In this document: positions 9,264 to 19,088 of the stretch, one piece after another | Layout: the number at the start of each line of letters is the position of its first letter | Position numbering within the stretch: position 1 is the first letter of the stretch | Assembly (NCBI GenBank): GCA_030699935.1 | Contig: JAUYKS010000002.1 | Location: forward strand, 65,018-129,017 | Origin: a bacterium | GTDB lineage: Bacteria > Patescibacteriota > SICC01 | Reading direction: 5' to 3' | Length of the DNA stretch: 64,000 nucleotides | Program-made: the position numbers and the translations under genes | The notes under the pieces: generated by a model | The model's database searches: none | Seen by the model: only the letters and a program-made list of their open reading frames with translations | What the model was told of the DNA's origin: nothing

Positions 9264-9304
9264 TTGACGTAAAGCCCAAAAAGTGTTATCATTAAGCAAT
9301 TTTT
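9264..9304 (+). promoter_or_regulatory. Sigma-70 promoter for the nrnA-truB region
   Basis: TTGACG-N17-TATCAT with extended TG, followed by TAAGCAATTTT. Confidence 0.7.
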
Positions 9305-9380
9305 CCGAGGTTTTTCATTGACAGATGAGGAACCGGCCGATATGCTGGCAAGTTCATTTCACCGAGTCCGTACGTAACCC

Positions 9381-10823
9381 ATGGAACTAAGTCCCAAACA
9401 ACAAGTCACCGAATTGGTCAGGAAGTTCGATAACGTCCTGATCGTTACGCACGCCCGTCCCGACGGCGATGCGATCGGTTCGGCCTTGGCGATGCACCTC
9501 GTGCTCGAGCAGCTCGGCAAGCACCCGACGACGATCATCCGCGACGACATCCCGGGGATGTTCCGGTTCCTGCCGGCGCTCGACAAGGTCACCAAGGACC
9601 TGACCGGCAGCCGCGACCTCGTCGTCAGCGTGAACACGGCGCGGACCAAGGTCGACAAGCTGAAGTACAACACGACCGAAGACCGGCTGAACGTGGTGAT
9701 CTCGCCGAAGGACGGCCAGTTCGCCGACAAGGACGTGGACGTCCGACAGGGCGCGTACAGCTTCGACTTAGTAATCGTCCTCGACGCGCCCGATCTCGAC
9801 CGCCTCGGTTCGCTCTACGAGGACAACCCGGACCTCTTTTACGAGGCGCCGGTGGTGAACATCGACCATCATCCGTCGAACGACTACTTCGGCGCGGTGA
9901 ACCTGGTCGACCTCACCGCGACCTCGACTTCGGAGATCCTGGTCGGCGTAATCGAAGCGCTCGGCGAATCGCTGATGACCGAGGACGTGGCGACGCTGCT
10001 CCTGACCGGACTGATCACCGACACCGGCAGCTTCCAGAACGCCAACACCACCCCGAAGTCGCTGACCGTCAGCGCCCAACTGGTGGCCCAGGGCGGCCGG
10101 CAGCAGGAGATCGTCCAGCATTGCTACAAGACCAAGCCGCTCTCGACGCTGCGGCTCTGGGGCCGGGCCCTGACGCGGCTTCAGTACGATCCGACCACCC
10201 GCGTCGTCTGGGCCAGCTTGACCAACGCGGACTTCAAGGAGACGGGCGGTACGCCGACCGAAGCGAAGGAAGTGATCGACTCGTTGATGAGCTCCGCGCC
10301 GGACGCCGAAGTGATCCTGCTGCTCCGTGAACGCGAGGACGGACGGGTCGACGGCAGCGTCCACACCACCAAGGGCGTCGATGCCACCAAGGTAGTCGGC
10401 TTCTGGAACGGCGGCGGCCATAAGGGCGCGGCCGGTTTCGACACCGACGGTCCGCTCGAGAACGCGGAACGCAACGTGGTGCTCCAGGTCAAGAAATGGC
10501 AGGCGCAGCGCCTCGGCGTACAAGGCCCGACCGAGAACACCTCGTCCGGCCGCTCGCAGACCGCGGATCTGCCGCCCCGCCCCGCCGAACAAGTCCCGAC
10601 CCGGCCGACGCGCCAGCCGCAGCGTCCTAACCGGCCGCGTCAGAACGGCATGGTCAGCGGCGGCGTAGCCGGCAAGGCGCCTTCGAAACCGCCGCAGCAA
10701 CCGGACCAGCAACCCCAGCAACCGCTCTCCGATGACGAACTGGACGCCTACTTCAAGAAATCGTCCGGTCCGAACGGCCAAGTCATCGACCAGCAGCCGA
10801 AACGGGACGATGGCCGCAGCTGA
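9381..10823 (+). CDS. nrnA: DHH/DHHA1 phosphoesterase (NanoRNase A-like) with an internal insertion and a Pro/Gln-rich tail
   Basis: HARPDGDAIGS, NIDHH, TDTGSF and GGGHKGAAG motifs. Confidence 0.9.
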   Translation: MELSPKQQVTELVRKFDNVLIVTHARPDGDAIGSALAMHLVLEQLGKHPTTIIRDDIPGMFRFLPALDKVTKDLTGSRDLVVSVNTARTKVDKLKYNTTEDRLNVVISPKDGQFADKDVDVRQGAYSFDLVIVLDAPDLDRLGSLYEDNPDLFYEAPVVNIDHHPSNDYFGAVNLVDLTATSTSEILVGVIEALGESLMTEDVATLLLTGLITDTGSFQNANTTPKSLTVSAQLVAQGGRQQEIVQHCYKTKPLSTLRLWGRALTRLQYDPTTRVVWASLTNADFKETGGTPTEAKEVIDSLMSSAPDAEVILLLREREDGRVDGSVHTTKGVDATKVVGFWNGGGHKGAAGFDTDGPLENAERNVVLQVKKWQAQRLGVQGPTENTSSGRSQTADLPPRPAEQVPTRPTRQPQRPNRPRQNGMVSGGVAGKAPSKPPQQPDQQPQQPLSDDELDAYFKKSSGPNGQVIDQQPKRDDGRS

Positions 10824-11232
10824 GCGGCCCGACGGTCCGCCCGTCGTGGAACGGGACCCGAGGGGCCAAGTACACGAGGCGGCCCGCGACCTCGCGAAAC
10901 ATATCGCTGGATTGGAAAAGTGGGACTTGAATCGGTTGCGCCAACGCGGGACGGCGGTCGAATGGACCGATTATGCCACGTTCCACATCTCCGTCCATGA
11001 CCCGGAAGCCCCGCCTTGCATACGCGACTGCTTCTTCTGGGCGAATTTCGAACGGGGCGAGTTCGATTACAACACGCTGCCGCGCTCCCGGTCGCCCCGG
11101 GGAGCATTCCAGTCGGTCAAGAAACTCTTCGGTTCGGAGCCCGAAGAACGGGTGGGGGAAGCGGTAGCGGTGCCGCCGCACCGGTCGAAAGAACTGCTGG
11201 AGTATCTCAAGGCTGCGAGGGGCCATGACTGA
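10810..11232 (+). CDS. Hypothetical protein
   Basis: ORF filling the gap after nrnA; start taken at ATG 10810, overlapping the nrnA end. Confidence 0.5.
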   Translation: MAAAERPDGPPVVERDPRGQVHEAARDLAKHIAGLEKWDLNRLRQRGTAVEWTDYATFHISVHDPEAPPCIRDCFFWANFERGEFDYNTLPRSRSPRGAFQSVKKLFGSEPEERVGEAVAVPPHRSKELLEYLKAARGHD

Positions 11233-11644
11233 GCCGTTACCGGAGAACGTCGTGCCTCCGACCGAACTGGTACGCCGGCGGGAGCTCCGGAACGGCGGGG
11301 AAAGTGTCGCGCATGCTGAGTTCAGCGAATGCGTCTTCGAAGCGCAGGGCGGATTCCCCCGCACGATCCGAGTCGGGGATAGCGAATCCGTCCTGAGCGT
11401 CCGGGTGGCGGAGGAAGCGGTGGTGTTCTGTCTCATAGAGCAGGACCGTGTCTTTCTCGCAAAAGACCGGGAAGTCAGGGAGTTGCCGATGCAAGACAAT
11501 TCGATAGAAGCGGTCATCCGTATTTCCCGCGGACGCCTCCACACCGAGACGATGTTGGCACGAAAGCTCTCCACGAAGAAGCTGGCGGAAGTGGCGGATA
11601 CCTTCCAACAGGTGCTCAGGGACAGTCCCGATCCGGCCGTATAG
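11225..11644 (+). CDS. Hypothetical protein
   Basis: 139-aa ORF overlapping the upstream ORF and ending just before truB. Confidence 0.5.
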   Translation: MTEPLPENVVPPTELVRRRELRNGGESVAHAEFSECVFEAQGGFPRTIRVGDSESVLSVRVAEEAVVFCLIEQDRVFLAKDREVRELPMQDNSIEAVIRISRGRLHTETMLARKLSTKKLAEVADTFQQVLRDSPDPAV

Positions 11645-11651
11645 TAGGGAC

Positions 11652-12344
11652 ATGCAGACCGACGGATTCCTGCTCGTAGACAAGCCGTCCGGCTGGACCA
11701 GTCACGACGTGGTGGCCCATGTCCGGAAGATGAGCGGGATCAAGAAAGTGGGACACGGCGGCACGCTCGACCCGATGGCGACGGGGCTCTTGGTGATCGG
11801 GCTTGGTAAGGCGACCAAGGAGTTGGAGCGATTCGTCCAGGGCGACAAGACGTACGTCGCCGAGGTGACGCTCGGCGCGACGACGGCGACGGACGACGCG
11901 GAAGGGACGGTCGAGCCGGCGCCGGATGTTGCGGATGCGGCGCAGCCGTCGCACGCGGACGTGGCCGCGGCGCTGAAACGGTTCGAAGGCGAGATCGAGC
12001 AGCTGCCGCCGGTCTACTCCGCGATCAAGACCGGGGGCAAGAAGGCGTACGTCGAGGCGCGGAAAGGCCGGACGGTGGAGCGGAAGCCGCGCAAGGTGAC
12101 GATCCATGACATCGAACTGCTGGAATACGAATGGCCGATCGTGCGGTTCAGGACGACGGTCTCCAAAGGCACCTATATCCGATCGATCGCGCGCGACCTC
12201 GGCGAACGGCTCGGTACCGGCGGATACCTTTCGGCGCTCCGGCGGGAGGGAGTGGGCACGTTCGACGTGAAGGACGCGCTCGGTGCCGACGTGCTCGACG
12301 GCCCGTGGTGCGATCTAGCGGAAAAACTGATTCCGCTCACCTAA
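11652..12344 (+). CDS. truB: tRNA pseudouridine(55) synthase, short form lacking the C-terminal PUA domain
   Basis: VDKPSGWTSHDVV, GHGGTLDPMATG, SKGTYIRS. Confidence 0.97.
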   Translation: MQTDGFLLVDKPSGWTSHDVVAHVRKMSGIKKVGHGGTLDPMATGLLVIGLGKATKELERFVQGDKTYVAEVTLGATTATDDAEGTVEPAPDVADAAQPSHADVAAALKRFEGEIEQLPPVYSAIKTGGKKAYVEARKGRTVERKPRKVTIHDIELLEYEWPIVRFRTTVSKGTYIRSIARDLGERLGTGGYLSALRREGVGTFDVKDALGADVLDGPWCDLAEKLIPLT

Positions 12345-12425
12345 CCTAATCTGCGCTTTTCTTCATCACTTCGCGTGGATCGTCGGGTCGCGAAAGGGGT
12401 TACAATTTTGGTAAGGTAATACGCT

Positions 12426-12722
12426 ATGACCGAACTCGCATCAGAATCAGAATCGTTTGAAGCCGACGAGCGTCAGCAATACGAAGCCGGCCGTGCCGAG
12501 GTACTTACCGCCATCGCCGCCGGCGAATACGATCCGGCGACGACACCGCAGGAAATCGCCGAGAAGACCGGAGTCGGCCTGATCAACGTCCGGCAACTCA
12601 CGTTCGGCATGATCGCGTACCGGGAAATCACCTGGGGTACCGACCCCGAAACCGGCATATTACGGATGGTACTGACCGAATCCGGCGAGGAACACCTGGC
12701 CCGATTCGCCGAGACCTGCTAG
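12426..12722 (+). CDS. Small orphan, possible winged-helix protein
   Basis: TPQEIAEKTGV...VLTESGEEHL resembles a MarR-like wHTH. Confidence 0.45.
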   Translation: MTELASESESFEADERQQYEAGRAEVLTAIAAGEYDPATTPQEIAEKTGVGLINVRQLTFGMIAYREITWGTDPETGILRMVLTESGEEHLARFAETC

Positions 12723-12735
12723 TCTGAAACCCGTT

Positions 12736-13002
12736 ATGCCCACAACCGAGCAGAAATCAGCCGTTATCAAGGAGCACGCCACGTCGAAGGACGACGTCGG
12801 TTCGGCTCCCGTGCAGATCGCGCTGTTGACGGCCCGGATCACCGAGCTGACCGGTCACATGAAGGCGCATCCGAAGGACAACCACTCGGAGCGCGGATTG
12901 GAGCTGCTGGTGGGCAAACGACGCCGACTCCTGGACTATCTCGCCCGTACGGACGAGCCGGCCTACCAGGAATTGGTAAAGAAGCTTAAGCTGCGCAAGT
13001 AG
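12736..13002 (+). CDS. rpsO: 30S ribosomal protein S15
   Basis: DVGSAPVQIALLT.RI..LT.H...HPKDNHS.RGL..LVGKRRRLL.YL. Confidence 0.98.
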   Translation: MPTTEQKSAVIKEHATSKDDVGSAPVQIALLTARITELTGHMKAHPKDNHSERGLELLVGKRRRLLDYLARTDEPAYQELVKKLKLRK

Positions 13003-13040
13003 CGATTAATAAGGATCGTTTAATAATTTAATTCATAAGC

Positions 13041-13133
13041 GGCACGGAGCGTGTCGAGACCTGAGCGCCGAAGGACGATCGGAACGACCGACGAGACAAC
13101 CCTTCGACTCCCGGACTTCTACATGCTCCCGCC
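13041..13133 (+). promoter_or_regulatory. Long stem-loop in the rpsO-pnp leader (probable RNase III processing/autoregulation site)
   Basis: GGAGCGTGT (13046) pairs with ACATGCTCC (13121) and CGAAGG (13069) with CCTTCG (13101); SD AGGAGG at 13139. Confidence 0.6.
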
Positions 13134-13149
13134 ACGATAGGAGGAACGC

Positions 13150-15372
13150 ATGTTCAACGTGCAAACCGCAGAAGGAGCCTTCGGCTCCGAGACACTGAAG
13201 TATGAGACCGGCAAGCTTGCCGGATTAGCCGACGGCGCCGTCCGGGCGCAGTACGGCGACACCGTCGTCCTGGTGACGGCCGTGGTCGGCGACCAGAAGC
13301 CGGGATTCGATTACTTCCCGATGATGGTCAGCTACGAGGAGAAGATGTACGCCGCGGGCAAGATCTCCGGCGGATTCTTCAAGCGCGAAGGCCGGCCCAG
13401 CGAGGAAGCGACCCTGATCTCGCGGCTGATCGACCGGCCGATCCGGCCGCTGTTCCCGAAGGGGACGCGCAACAATATCCAGGTGATCGCGACGGTCCTG
13501 TCCGTCGACGGCATCCATCACCCCGACATGGTGGCGATGAACGCGGCGTCGACGGCGCTGCATCTGGCCGGCTCTCCGATGGTCGAGATGATCGGCGGCG
13601 TCCGGATCGGCGAGATCGACGGCGAGCTGATTGTGAACCCGACAGAGGAACAGCGCGAGCAGTCGAAGCTGGACCTGGTCGTCGCCGGCACCAAGGAAAA
13701 GATCATGATGGTCGAGGCCGGTGCCAACGAAGTCACCGAGGAGCGGATGCTGAAGGCGTTCGACCTGGCCCTGGCCGAGATCCGGAAAGCGATCGCGATC
13801 CAAGAGGAGATCGTCGGTAAGGTCGCGCCGGAGAAGCGCGAGCCGGCCCTGGCCGAGACCGACCCCGACCTCGAGCGCGAAGTCGCCGAGAAGACCCGGA
13901 CGAAGTTGCTCGAGATCACGCTGAACTCCACGCAGGAGGAACGCGAGAAGAAGATCGCCGAGCTGACCGGCTGGCTGAAGGAGGAACTGGTTCCGGAAGA
14001 AGCGGCCGAGGATGCGAAGTGGACCGCCGGACAAGTCACGGACGCGTTCACCAAGGTCGAACAGGAGACGATCCGCGAGGCGATCCTGAAGCACGATGTG
14101 CGCCCGGACGGACGCAAGCTCACCGAGATCCGTCCGATCAGCTGTGAAGTCGGCGTACTGCCGCGCACCCACGGCTCGGCGCTGTTCACGCGCGGCCAGA
14201 CCCAGGCGCTGTCGCTGACCACGCTCGGCACCCCGGGCGACCAGCAGATCATAGACACCATGCTCGAGGACACGAAGCGGCGTTACATGCACCACTACAA
14301 CTTCCCGCCGTACTCGGTCGGCGAAGCGCGGCCGGTGCGCGGCGCCGGTCGCCGCGAGATCGGCCACGGGGCGCTCGCGGAACGGGCGATCTTCCCGATG
14401 CTTCCGGAGCAGGACGACTTCCCGTACACGATGCGGGTGGTCAGCGAGATCCTGGCCTCGAACGGCTCGACCTCGATGGCTTCGGTCTGCGGCTCGACCC
14501 TCTCGCTGATGGACGCGGGCGTGCCGATCAAGAAGCCGGTCTCCGGCATCGCGATGGGACTGGTTACCGACGGCGACACCACCAAGGTACTCACCGACAT
14601 CCAGGGCGCCGAGGACTTCGCCGGCGATATGGACTTCAAGGTCGCCGGTACCAAGGACGGCATCACCGCGTTGCAGATGGACATGAAGGTCTGGGGCATC
14701 CCGCTGGAAGTGATGACGCAGGCGCTCGAGCAGGCCAAGACGGCCCGCCTCGAGATTATGGACAAGATCCTGGCGACGATCCCGGAACCGCGGGCGGACC
14801 TGGCGGCCAACGCGCCGCGCATCACGACGATGAAGATCGACCCGGAGAAGATCCGGATCGTGATCGGACCGGGCGGCAAGATGATCAACGAAATCACCGC
14901 CGAGACCGGCGTCTCGATCGACCTCGAGGACGACGGCACCGTGATGATCGGCTCCAGCGACGGCGAAGCCTCCAAGAAGGCGATGGAATGGATCAAGGCG
15001 CTCACCGCCGAGCCGGAAGTCGGCAAGGTCTACGACGGCAAGGTCACCAAGCTGATGCCGTTCGGCGCGTTCGTCGAGTTCATGCCGGGCAAGGAAGGCA
15101 TGGTCCACGTCTCGCAGATCGCCGACGAACGGGTGGCTTCGGTCGAAGACGTGCTCAAGGTCGGCCAGGAAGTGAAGGTCATGGTGATCGAAGTCGATTC
15201 CCAGGGCCGGAACAACCTCTCGATCAAGGCGGCGGCCAGCGGCGCCGACCCGAAGGTGATCGCCGACGAAGTCCGACAGTCGCGTGCGCCCCGCAACGGT
15301 GGCGGCGGTCGGGAACGCGGCGGCCCGGGAGGCGGTTTTCGCCGCGGCCCCGGCGGACCCCCGCGACGGTAG
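13150..15372 (+). CDS. pnp: Polyribonucleotide nucleotidyltransferase
   Basis: FFKREGRP, RPDGR, HGSALFTRGQTQ, GDMDFKVAG, KH and S1 domains. Confidence 0.98.
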   Translation: MFNVQTAEGAFGSETLKYETGKLAGLADGAVRAQYGDTVVLVTAVVGDQKPGFDYFPMMVSYEEKMYAAGKISGGFFKREGRPSEEATLISRLIDRPIRPLFPKGTRNNIQVIATVLSVDGIHHPDMVAMNAASTALHLAGSPMVEMIGGVRIGEIDGELIVNPTEEQREQSKLDLVVAGTKEKIMMVEAGANEVTEERMLKAFDLALAEIRKAIAIQEEIVGKVAPEKREPALAETDPDLEREVAEKTRTKLLEITLNSTQEEREKKIAELTGWLKEELVPEEAAEDAKWTAGQVTDAFTKVEQETIREAILKHDVRPDGRKLTEIRPISCEVGVLPRTHGSALFTRGQTQALSLTTLGTPGDQQIIDTMLEDTKRRYMHHYNFPPYSVGEARPVRGAGRREIGHGALAERAIFPMLPEQDDFPYTMRVVSEILASNGSTSMASVCGSTLSLMDAGVPIKKPVSGIAMGLVTDGDTTKVLTDIQGAEDFAGDMDFKVAGTKDGITALQMDMKVWGIPLEVMTQALEQAKTARLEIMDKILATIPEPRADLAANAPRITTMKIDPEKIRIVIGPGGKMINEITAETGVSIDLEDDGTVMIGSSDGEASKKAMEWIKALTAEPEVGKVYDGKVTKLMPFGAFVEFMPGKEGMVHVSQIADERVASVEDVLKVGQEVKVMVIEVDSQGRNNLSIKAAASGADPKVIADEVRQSRAPRNGGGGRERGGPGGGFRRGPGGPPRR

Positions 15373-15407
15373 TCTCCGTTAAGCCGTTTTTTCCAAAAAC
15401 GACGCAA

Positions 15408-15446
15408 CCATCCCCGCACCGTGCACATTGACGGGCGCGGGGATGG
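15408..15446. terminator. GC-rich hairpin after pnp, overlapping the -35 box of the next gene
   Basis: CCATCCCCGC / GCGGGGATGG inverted repeat with TTGACG (15428) inside; CATACT at 15450. Confidence 0.45.
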
Positions 15447-15465
15447 TGGCATACTCTAAGGCGTT

Positions 15466-16128
15466 ATGGAAGCTAGAACAGCACGACTTTTGGACTTTCC
15501 GTTAGGGCCCCGACGCACCGCCCGGCGCGCCCGCCCTGCGGGCGAGCGGATCGATTACCTTGCTATGGCCAAGCAGGAGAGCCAACGCGAGATTACCGAG
15601 GAATTGCTGCGCCGCCTGACCGATGTCGATCCCCGGGAGTTGGAGCGCTTGCGGATTCGGACCGAGCGGAAGCCGGACAAGATCACGCTCGAACAAGAGG
15701 TACGCCTGCACGAGGGAGTTATGCAATTGGCCGGGGTCCGGCTGAAGGGCGCCATGGAGGTCGAACTCCGGAAGCCCGGCAGTGAGGAGATGGTCAGGAT
15801 CGTGGCTGGCTCCCATCGCGGCGGCATCGAGCGGATCGTCCACCTTTCGCCCGAACATCAGGAGATCGGTACGCCCGACGGGGTCGTCTCAATCCGGCCT
15901 ACCTATGTCCCGCATTTCCGCAAGATTGATGACGTGGACCGCGAGATGCTGATGCAGGACAACTCGGTGAGCTCGTTCGACCAGAAAGGTCGGCTGATCG
16001 GTACGCGGATCCATCCGCGGCAACCGTCGCCGATCGAGGTCGCGCGGCTGATCCCGCTCCTGCGGGACGGCGAGGTGACGGGCCGCACCGCGGAATCCGC
16101 CGTGGCCGACACCGCGGACGAAGCCTGA
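15466..16128 (+). CDS. Hypothetical protein
   Basis: 220-aa ORF with its own promoter-like boxes; no recognisable motif. Confidence 0.55.
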   Translation: MEARTARLLDFPLGPRRTARRARPAGERIDYLAMAKQESQREITEELLRRLTDVDPRELERLRIRTERKPDKITLEQEVRLHEGVMQLAGVRLKGAMEVELRKPGSEEMVRIVAGSHRGGIERIVHLSPEHQEIGTPDGVVSIRPTYVPHFRKIDDVDREMLMQDNSVSSFDQKGRLIGTRIHPRQPSPIEVARLIPLLRDGEVTGRTAESAVADTADEA

Positions 16129-16158
16129 TTTTTACCAGGGTTTGCTACAATACGCCGG

Positions 16159-17748
16159 ATGGCAGCTAGGAAGGAAAAGCGTCGGTTACGGAACTCCGTG
16201 ACCAGTATCCAGTCGATACCAGCGTTGGTCGCGGGCTTGCTGTTGCTCGCGGCGGGAACGGCATTGTGGCTAACCCTGGCAGGTGCCGCCGTGACCAAGG
16301 ACCTCTTCGTGAAGCTGCCGGAAAACAGCCGGATCGCTGGCGTGGCCCGTCTGGCGGCGTTCGACTACGGGACGCTGGAACAAGTGAGTTCGTCGGCCGC
16401 GATCTATCCAGACGAGGTCAAAGCCCTGATGCCGGTCATCCGGACCGCCGCCCCGCCGGAACTGATCGGCCAGGCGTTGGGAGACGAGATCGGGTTCGCC
16501 CGGACGCCGGACGGACGGACGCTGGCTGTCGCTACCGTGCGGGATAACGCCCTCTATTCGCAATTGGCCGCCGCGGTTTACGAACAGTTGGACGGCGCCA
16601 AGCAGGTCAAGGTTGACACGCCGGAACGCGGCCGGCTGACGTTTGCTGCGGGTCGTTTGCCGGGCTCGAAGATCACGATCTTCTCCTATCGCGAGGGAAG
16701 TTACGTCTACTTCGCGACGGACCGGAACCAGATCCTGGCGGCGCTGCACCGCACCGAAGGGTTCGACCGGCACGAACATTTCGCGGAAGTTTCGGGCGAT
16801 CTGCCGGGCTCGCAGGACGCGTACGTATTCCTGGACAGCGCGTTGTCCGAGCGGTATCCGCGACTGGAATTCTCGTTGGTCGGATTGGCGATCAAGGAGG
16901 ATGACGGGACGCTGCGGATCGAAGCGGCCAACGACGGCCCGCCGCCGGCCCGGGCCGAACTCAAGCGGACATCCGGCGATCTGCTGCCGCCCGTTTCCGC
17001 CGCCCCGGTCAGCATCTCTGGAACCGACGCCGCCGGGTTCTTCCGGCTGTTGGAGGAGCAGCGGTCGGCGCAGGATCTTCCCGGCGTGTTACGGTTCCAG
17101 AACGGCGTCGCGGCCCTGGACCGCCAGCTCGGGATCGACATAGAACGCGAATATCTGGCCGCCGCGGACGGTCCGTTCGTCTACGCGCGGTATCGGGACG
17201 GCGGCAAGGGGACTAAGGGCGCGAAAGCCGGTGCGCGACAGTGGATGGTGCTGCTCGAGTTCGACAGTCCGGAAAATGCCCGGCAAAAGACCGCGGAACT
17301 GCAACGCCTCCTGAAGACGAAGGCGAGAGTCCCGGTGCGCCGCGAAGTGGTCAAGGTCCTTCCCGACGGGACGCGCTCCCGGGAGATCGAATCGCAGCGG
17401 AACGAGCCGTTGTCCATCAAGACAGTGACGGTCGAGCGCCGGCCGGCCGCCTCGGCGCAGTTCCCGTCGATGGGCCGGTTGGTCTGGCAGGTGCGCGGTC
17501 CCCATCTCCTGATCGGCAGCTCGGAAGAAGCGGTCGCCAGGCTGGTGCGCAATCTGGCGGATCCGTCGCCAGCGGACGCGAAAGGACAGCTCGTGACCAG
17601 GATCGACCTGGCCGAAGCGGCATCCGTGACCGGCCAGGAGGACGGGCTCCTTGCCTGGATCCTGTTCGCCCGTCCCGAACGCGGCAGCTTCTCGCTCGAC
17701 AAGGCGACCGGGGAACTTACCGGCGGCATGACGTTCCCGGAGCGCTGA
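16159..17748 (+). CDS. Membrane-anchored extracellular protein (DUF3352-like)
   Basis: Single N-terminal TM helix followed by a large alpha/beta domain; leaderless TACAAT box. Family call tentative. Confidence 0.55.
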   Translation: MAARKEKRRLRNSVTSIQSIPALVAGLLLLAAGTALWLTLAGAAVTKDLFVKLPENSRIAGVARLAAFDYGTLEQVSSSAAIYPDEVKALMPVIRTAAPPELIGQALGDEIGFARTPDGRTLAVATVRDNALYSQLAAAVYEQLDGAKQVKVDTPERGRLTFAAGRLPGSKITIFSYREGSYVYFATDRNQILAALHRTEGFDRHEHFAEVSGDLPGSQDAYVFLDSALSERYPRLEFSLVGLAIKEDDGTLRIEAANDGPPPARAELKRTSGDLLPPVSAAPVSISGTDAAGFFRLLEEQRSAQDLPGVLRFQNGVAALDRQLGIDIEREYLAAADGPFVYARYRDGGKGTKGAKAGARQWMVLLEFDSPENARQKTAELQRLLKTKARVPVRREVVKVLPDGTRSREIESQRNEPLSIKTVTVERRPAASAQFPSMGRLVWQVRGPHLLIGSSEEAVARLVRNLADPSPADAKGQLVTRIDLAEAASVTGQEDGLLAWILFARPERGSFSLDKATGELTGGMTFPER

Positions 17749-18641
17749 TGCGGCTGGGAGCGCATCTTTCCGTAGCCAAAGGACTGCCCGCGCTGCTGGC
17801 TAACGCCGACGAGCTCGGTGCGACAGCGATCCAGATCTTCGCACGTAACCCGCGCGGACGCGGCGAGACTAAGGTGACCGACGGAGAAGCGGCGGCGTTC
17901 CGGAAGGGACTGCGGGCCCGGAACGCCGCGTTGTACATCCACGCGCCGTACTACGTGCAAGTCGGCGCAGCCGACGCGCGGAACCGCCGCATCTCCGCGG
18001 AAGTCGCGGCAGCCGACTTGGTGAAGGGCGACCGGCTCGGCGCCGCGGGAGTGATCGTCCATTTCGGCGGTACCGTCGACGAGGAAAATCCGGACGCGAG
18101 CACCAAGCACACGGTCGGGACGATCAAGGCGGCGCTCAAGCAGGCCGGACCGACGAAGTGCCGGCTGTTGCTCGAGGTCTCGGCCGGCCGGAAGCGCGTC
18201 GGAGCGACGTTCGAGCAGATCCGCGACATCCTGGACGGAGTGGATGAACCGTCCCGGTTGGGAGTCTGCCTCGACACCTGCCACCTGTTCACGGCGGGTT
18301 TCGACATCCGCGGCGCCGGAGCGACCAAGACGCTCGACCGGTTCGCGAAGACGGTAGGGCTGCGGAAACTGAAGGCGATCCACCTGAACGACACCCAGTC
18401 CGACCTCGGGCAGGGACTGGACCGGCACTTCCATATCGGCCAAGGCCGGATCGGCGAGGCGGCGTTCCGCAACCTGCTCCGCGACCCGCGGCTGAAGAAC
18501 ATGGATTTTCTGCTGGAGACGCCGAAGGAAGGTTGGGGCGAACCGAAGCGATTGCCGAAGGGCAAGGGCGCGCCGCCCCTCGACGCGGACGCCAAGAACC
18601 TGTCGACGCTCCGGCGGCTCGCCGGAACGGCCGCCCGCTGA
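17748..18641 (+). CDS. nfo: Endonuclease IV (AP endonuclease)
   Basis: LGAHLS, QIF..NPR, HAPY, LDTCHLF, HLND, DRH, LETP; start at ATG 17748 overlapping the upstream TGA. Confidence 0.93.
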   Translation: MRLGAHLSVAKGLPALLANADELGATAIQIFARNPRGRGETKVTDGEAAAFRKGLRARNAALYIHAPYYVQVGAADARNRRISAEVAAADLVKGDRLGAAGVIVHFGGTVDEENPDASTKHTVGTIKAALKQAGPTKCRLLLEVSAGRKRVGATFEQIRDILDGVDEPSRLGVCLDTCHLFTAGFDIRGAGATKTLDRFAKTVGLRKLKAIHLNDTQSDLGQGLDRHFHIGQGRIGEAAFRNLLRDPRLKNMDFLLETPKEGWGEPKRLPKGKGAPPLDADAKNLSTLRRLAGTAAR

Positions 18642-18653
18642 TACGCTTAGACC

Positions 18654-19088
18654 GTGGCGAAAACATCGACCAACCCGCTGGCCTACGTCGCCTGGACCCA
18701 GGCGCTGCTCGCCACGTCCGGCAGCCTCTACTTCAGCGAAGCCGCCGGATACCTGCCCTGCCTGCTCTGCTGGTACCAACGGATCGCGATGTATCCGCTC
18801 GTGATCATCCTGGCGGTCGGCATCCTGCGCCGCGACAACAAGGTCTATCAATACGTGTTGCCGCTGGCGATTATCGGCGCCCTGATCGCGCTTTATCACG
18901 TCCTGCTCTACTATGGCGTCTTCGCCGAATCCGAGCAGACCTGCCGTGCCGGCGTCTCCTGCACCACCGAATACATCGAGTATCTCGGCTTCATCACGAT
19001 CCCGCTGCTCTCACTCGGTGCCTTCCTGGTGATCATCGCCTGCATGGTGCTACTCTGGAAATCGGTTAGGAAATCCGCCAAGAAATGA
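18654..19088 (+). CDS. Disulfide bond formation protein, DsbB/BdbC family
   Basis: GSLYFSE, PCLLCWYQRIAMYP, a second Cys pair and 4 TM helices. Confidence 0.92.
   Translation: MAKTSTNPLAYVAWTQALLATSGSLYFSEAAGYLPCLLCWYQRIAMYPLVIILAVGILRRDNKVYQYVLPLAIIGALIALYHVLLYYGVFAESEQTCRAGVSCTTEYIEYLGFITIPLLSLGAFLVIIACMVLLWKSVRKSAKK

Noticed and set aside
13225-15108. Long antisense or alternate-frame ORFs (e.g. 627 aa opposite pnp, 625 aa within lepA, 652 aa opposite the S8-SpoIID gene, 430 aa at 3218-4510)
   Set aside because: Shadow ORFs expected from high-GC codon bias; they fully overlap well-supported genes and carry no motifs.
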